A stretch of DNA of 64,000 bases from Chrysomallon squamiferum (Eukaryota > Animalia > Mollusca), in assembly GCA_012295275.1 (NCBI GenBank), contig CM022678.1:9424001-9488000 (forward strand). Direction: 5' to 3'. Position numbers and translations under genes: made by a program. This document shows, one piece after another, positions 58,551-64,000 of the stretch (positions are counted from its first letter, which is position 1; each line of letters starts with the position of its first letter). The notes beneath the pieces are model-generated. The model saw only the letters and a list, made by a program, of their open reading frames with translations, had not been told where the DNA came from and made no database searches.

Positions 58551-61383
58551 GGGTCATTCCGTGTCAAATCACCCAATGGTTTAAACCCGACCGTCTCAGA
58601 TTTTTATGAAACTTGGTATACTTGTTGACTGGGATCCCACAGCACAAAATCTGAAATTTTAGCTCAATCAGATCAGTGGTTGGGGAGATACGGCCCACCG
58701 AATTTTGAGATTTTTGCCAAAAATGGGTGTGACCACCAACCTTAGAACCCTCATATCTCAGGAACTACTGGGCCAATCTTCATAAAACTGGTATTGTTAG
58801 AAAGGCAAAATGACAAATCTGCCATTTTTGTTTAGTTTGGAAAATATTGGAGTACCTTGACCTTTTGACCTTTGCTATGACCTTGAAATTGACCGTGTGG
58901 ATCACGTGATCTTGAGATGACCTTTATTGAAATTTAATCTCCCACATGTTAACTAAAACATATAAAAGTTTCCTGGGTGTAATATTTTTTGTTTAGCCAC
59001 AATATAGATTTAAAAAATGCACATACATGAAAATAACACCTTTTCAGCCATTAACATCTGATTAACTAAAACCTGAATGATCAATTCTGGATGCTAGGAA
59101 TCACCATCTCTCTTGATCATCGAGTAAGACATTGTAGGCCTACCTGTATGCATAAAGTTCACATATAAAAGATTCCTGGGTATAATATTTTTTGTTTAGC
59201 CATAATAGAGATTTAAAAAAATACATACCTGCATGGATGATTGATACAATGCATTACAATGTACATTTTCTCTGAGACTAAAAACTCATCTTTGGAGTTA
59301 AAACCCACCTGACATGTCTGAAGGAATGCCTGAAGGAATGCCTGAAGGATATGAAAAGATGCCAAATGGCATGACATGTTCTACACAATCAGGCTCAAAG
59401 GGTTAACAGGAAGTGATGCTTCAGGCAGGTCAGGAATTCCTTTAGATCCCCTGGTGCAATCCCCATTGAGCACATGGCAATTAGAAGTTTAAGAAAAAGA
59501 AGTTTCTTCATCTGCATTTCTTTGACAATTTGAAGCTTTTTAACTTGGACACAATGTCAGATGTTGATATATAAATAATATTTTTATTTCATAAAACCTA
59601 TTAAGTAATTTTATCATGTCATGTGGGCCTTGCCATTGGTTTTGAACAAGGTTTCAGTCAACAACAGTACAACCCAGTCTGAAATCAGACGTCATCAAGT
59701 GATGTACTGCATAATGTATTTGTACACCCAGTCTTCGGCACAGAGTATGAACAAGGTCTACTTCACCTTAATAAACTGTGATTTATACTTGAGAAGATTG
59801 ACATAAATGCCCAAGACTTGTGGGCCTTTGGCAATAACACATGTACTCTACTGCCATTTTATGACCTGCTTAACTTTACTGAAACGGTTTCAGCACTGAC
59901 TTTGTTCTATTGAATTGAAGGTGCAGGCCAATAATGAAAATCCTTATTTCTTCCAAGGCTAACTGCAGCTTTAACTCTCCTGAAAATGTGTGTTATCAAC
60001 ACCATCATATCAAAAAGGAGTTGTTGCGAAGTGTATGGAAAACTGAGGAAGTCGAACTCCTCACTCTTTGAAGTGGGATCGAAACACGGGACATCAAGAG
60101 TATCATGAACAAGAACTTTTCATCAAATTTTCAACATTGCAGAAAAACTGTTGTGATCCCCTTAATCGCCACCCTGAGCAAGCACGCACTAGATCTTTAA
60201 GAATTGTTAGCATGGGCACTTACAAATGCTTAGTAAATCCTCCAAAGACACTAGTGCCAGGAGACAAGTTGTGCTGTGACTGTCTGATTACCCTTCAGAA
60301 ATCAAAAGTCCTGCAGAAGATGGCTTTAGTATGGGTGGTATTACAATGGGAGAATTTGGTGATAACTTGCCAGACAAACCGCTGGTTGTTGTTTCCCCAG
60401 AAAAGGACTTTGATTTGAATTCTATTCTGTCGAGTTTAGGCGAAACTCCTGTCAAACTCCATTCTCTAGCACATTCCAGTAAATGAATGAAAGGACAGAA
60501 AAAAACTAGCATCAGCTACAGTAACATTAAAATGACATCATAATGTCTGAATCCTACCCAGAGCATGTGCAAATCTTGATTTTGTCACCCTTTACCATTG
60601 AAAGGACAATGAATTGAAGGAGGAAATAATCCAATTTTATGAAAGTGATGAGAACAGTAGAATGTGTCTGGGAATGAAGGATACAGTGAGCATTTGAAAC
60701 AAACATAGTGAGACGGTTAAGCATCAGAAACACCTAGTTCTCTCAGATTTATGTGAACTTTATGCATACATGTAGGCCTACAATGTCTTACTCGATGATC
60801 AAGAAAGATGGTGATCCCTAGCATCCAGAATTGATCATTCAGGTTTTAGTTAATCAGATGTTAATGGCTGAAAAGGTGTTATTTTCATGTATGTGCATTT
60901 TTTTAAAATAATATTGTGGCTAAACAAAAAATATTACACCCAGGAAACTTTTATATGTTTTAGTTAACATGTGGGAGATTAAATTTCAATAAAGGTCATC
61001 TCAAGATCACGTGATCCACACGGCCAATTTCAAGGTCATAGCAAAGGTCAAAAGGTCAAGGTACTCCAATATTTTCCAAACTAAACAAAAATGGCAGATT
61101 TGGAATCCTTGTCATTTTGCCTTTCTAACAATACCAATTTTATGAAGATTGGCCCAGTAGTTCCTGAGATATAAGGGTTCTAAGGTTGGTGGTCACACCC
61201 ATTTTTGGCAAAAATCTCAAAATTCGGTGGGCCGTATCTCTCACACCACTGGTCTGATTGCGCTAAAATTTCAGATTTGGTGCTGTGGGATCACAGTCAA
61301 CAAGTATACCAAGTTTTATAAAAATCTGAGACGGTCGGGTTTAAATTTCTTTTTTTTTTGGGTGATTTGACACGGAATGACCC
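58551..61383 (+). mobile_element. Non-autonomous Sola2-type DNA transposon, copy 2 (complete, ~2.8 kb)
   Basis: Starts GGGTCATTCCGTGTCAAATCACCCA and ends TGGGTGATTTGACACGGAATGACCC. TIRs are 58551-59165 and 60750-61383. It has the same transposase remnant (~59986-60775) as copy 1. Confidence 0.9.
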
Positions 61384-61915
61384 TTTCTTATTATTTAATA
61401 AACAGTTACATGTTAGAAAGGATTTCTTATTATTTATGAAATAGTTAAATGATAAAAATGATTGATGAATTTTGTACATATTTTTGTGATTTTAATTACC
61501 TAAGAAAACAGAATGGATGTTTTAAACTGAAAAATTACATAGAAATGAGTTAATTAATATCTCAGTCCCAAAATTAACTTTTCTGTATTAAAATATAACA
61601 AATAAATAAATATAATAATAAAAATATCATTTTCTACTTGATATATTTTCAGAAATTAAATCGGCTTGTTAAGGATAAAAATATTCAAGAAATTGTTGAT
61701 AAAATACAAACTCAGATTGACATTTTGGAACAAAGAGCAGCTCAAGTCTCCAGTAGAGTTGAAGTATTTGGTGCTGTCCAGCAGGTATTTAAATACATTA
61801 GTCATTGTAAACCTTTCCATTTTATTTCAGTTTTAAATATTTCCTCAGTCTTTCACAAAATTCTATGCAAAATATTTTCTATTATCCTGAATTAAGCGTC
61901 ATACATGAAAATATA
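61384..61915. repeat. Composite duplication: ~57250-57548 joined to ~52280-52535
   Basis: The 39-bp satellite tail and intron match ~57250-57548 up to ~61640. The sequence then switches to the IRAG exon and its downstream intron. Confidence 0.88.
61653..61784 (+). pseudogene. Second copy of the IRAG/LRMP coiled-coil exon
   Basis: KLNRLVKDKNIQEIVDKIQTQIDILEQRAAQVSSRVEVFGAVQQ, 132 nt, AG/GT intact. Paralog of 52291-52422. Confidence 0.85.
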
Positions 61916-63289
61916 TTTGTGTTTTTGTAAACTGAAAATTAATAGAATCAGTGTAAACCTTGTAATAATTTGCATGCCAGCCTAACAGAGTAGTGAACAG
62001 AACATTTGTATAAATTTGTAATTTTCTGTTATAGATATCTCACTCTAAACTGAAATACAAACATTTATTACTTCATTTGGTAGAGCTAAAGATATTTACA
62101 GTATTTTGAAATTTGGTATAATGGAATGGATGGAAGTTTGGTGGATTTGAGAGGTTGTACAGATGCATAAATTGGCTTGAAAGATTTATCTTCTTTTCTT
62201 ATTTTATCACATGCATGTGTAATGTTGTCTTTGTTTTAAATACATTTTAAAATATACCTTACTGATCATTATTGTAACTATTACCTGAATGCATATATTT
62301 CATTAATGGCAAAAATTAAATTACATTAAAGTGGCAGGAAAGAATATTACAATTAAATGTTTTAATTAATCGAATAATTTATCATAAATGATGTAACTAT
62401 AATGACTGTTAAGATTAATTAAAGATTCTCAGAATAATCTCAAATGTATTTTCATCATGTAAGTATATTAGTATTTCAAGTAGAATCTGAATTAGAAAAC
62501 CATTTTCTTACTGTCTGTTGTAATACTATATAGGTTTAAAATGTTTATTTACTTAATATTCCTGGCAGTCATCTTAAACTGGACTAAAGGATAGCATGAA
62601 TATCAAATCTTACCAAGTTACATAATTATTCAAATATATTAAAAAAATATTTTTCATAAGCTCTTTTACTGATATATTGCTGTTTTAATCCTTTTATATC
62701 AAAGTTAAAAAATAATATTAAACTGATTGAAATTAAGAATTTAAATATATTTAATAAATTATTTTTATTATTAATATTGTATGGGAAAAATAAAACTCTT
62801 CTTGCTAAGACAGTGAAATGCAGTTAGAGCTGACAACAAAAATTCCACTTGCACTTTATTTTATGTTTAGTTTCTTAATGAATATTATATTTTGTTGTAG
62901 GATCCTAGACAACAGAATCAAGCTGCCTCAGAAAAGATTAACTAGAGCACCAGAATGCTATTATTTCACAGTCTTCCCTGTCCAGAGAAAGCTCAACACT
63001 TTCAAGAGAAAATCTGTAAGATCATAAAATCAATCTAATTTGAATTTTGAAACCTCAGTGATCTCCAAAAGACTGCATTGTCAATATTATCAGAACATCC
63101 AGTGTACACATTGTACTTCATAGCAGCTTGCACTGTTTTTATCATTGATGTGTGTGCATGGTTATTCTAAGTTTTATCACTGAAAGAGGAATAGAGATTC
63201 ATCACTGATATGGAATGCCATTTTTCTAAATAACCTAAAATTAATGTCATAGTGCATAGAGGTGTTACATTTTTTAATCATCAAATTTT

Positions 63290-63553
63290 TGTATTATTTA
63301 AATCGGGGAAATTGAAAGGTTTGCTGGGATAATCAATGTAAATATATTTAAAATTATGTAATTAGGGTAATTAGAATATTTTATTAAAAATATTTTTTTT
63401 TAAATTAAAAAAACAAAACAACATTTATTTTATCTTTCTTTGTCATATTATTTAAATCAGGGAAAATTCAAGGGTTTAATATATTTAGAATTATGTAATT
63501 AGGGGTAATTAGAATTTTTTATTAAAAAAACAAAACAAACAACAAAACTTTTA

Positions 63554-63589
<36 letters not shown>

Positions 63590-63960
63590 TTAAAATCAGG
63601 GGAAAGTCTAGGGTTTGCTGGGGGTAATCAATGTAAATATAGTTGAAGATTATGTAATTAGGGGTAATTAGAATTAGGGCTAATTAGAATTATTTATAAA
63701 AAAAGGAAGAAAAAAACTTTTTCTGTATATTTGAATCAGGGGAAAATCAAGGGTTTGCTGGGGTAATCATTGTATAAATATATTTAAAATTATGTAATTA
63801 GAATTTTTTATAAAAAAAACAAAATCAAAACAAGAACAACATGTTTTTTTTAATTTATTATTTACATCAGGAGAAAATCAAGGGTTTGCTGGGGGTAATC
63901 AATTTAAATATAATTGAAGATTATGTAATTAGGGGTAATTAGATTTTTTTTTATATAAAA
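63290..63960. repeat. Degenerate ~130-150-bp tandem repeat, about 5 copies
   Basis: Recurrent atcaggggaaaatcaagggtttgctggggtaatcaatgtaaatat...ttatgtaattaggggtaattaga. Confidence 0.85.
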
Positions 63961-64000
63961 CTACAAAACAAAAACAACAGTTTTTTTCCTTATCATATTT

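Noticed and set aside
58551-61383. Assembly artefact duplicating 1-2498
   Set aside because: The copies differ by scattered substitutions and discrete indels (~24 bp extra near 985 in copy 1, a 12-bp duplication near 59330 in copy 2) and have different flanks.
63350-63950. Telomere-like TTAGGG motifs
   Set aside because: Isolated ttaggg(g) inside a longer degenerate repeat unit, not a tandem array.

Overview
AT-rich, microsatellite-dense animal genomic DNA. It looks lophotrochozoan or mollusc-like, but that is an inference from repeat and gene content. No prokaryotic features, RNA genes or CRISPR arrays were seen. Most long ORFs in the supplied track are microsatellite artefacts. Reading spliced exons by hand shows a mosaic of decayed, intron-containing gene copies: two Patronin/CAMSAP copies (minus strand), internal VPS13D exons (minus), an IRAG/LRMP (MRVI1/Jaw1)-family gene (plus) and EGF-repeat exons (plus). 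There is also a B-box-less RING/coiled-coil/beta-propeller TRIM-like gene whose 3' half is broken. About 56 kb of this mosaic lies between two near-identical, same-orientation, internally deleted Sola2-type DNA transposons with ~620-bp TIRs. Remnants of piggyBac, MULE, L1/Tx1 and CR1 elements, several minisatellites and local segmental duplications are interspersed. All protein identities come from recognising motifs by eye and need database confirmation. Boundaries marked ~ are approximate.
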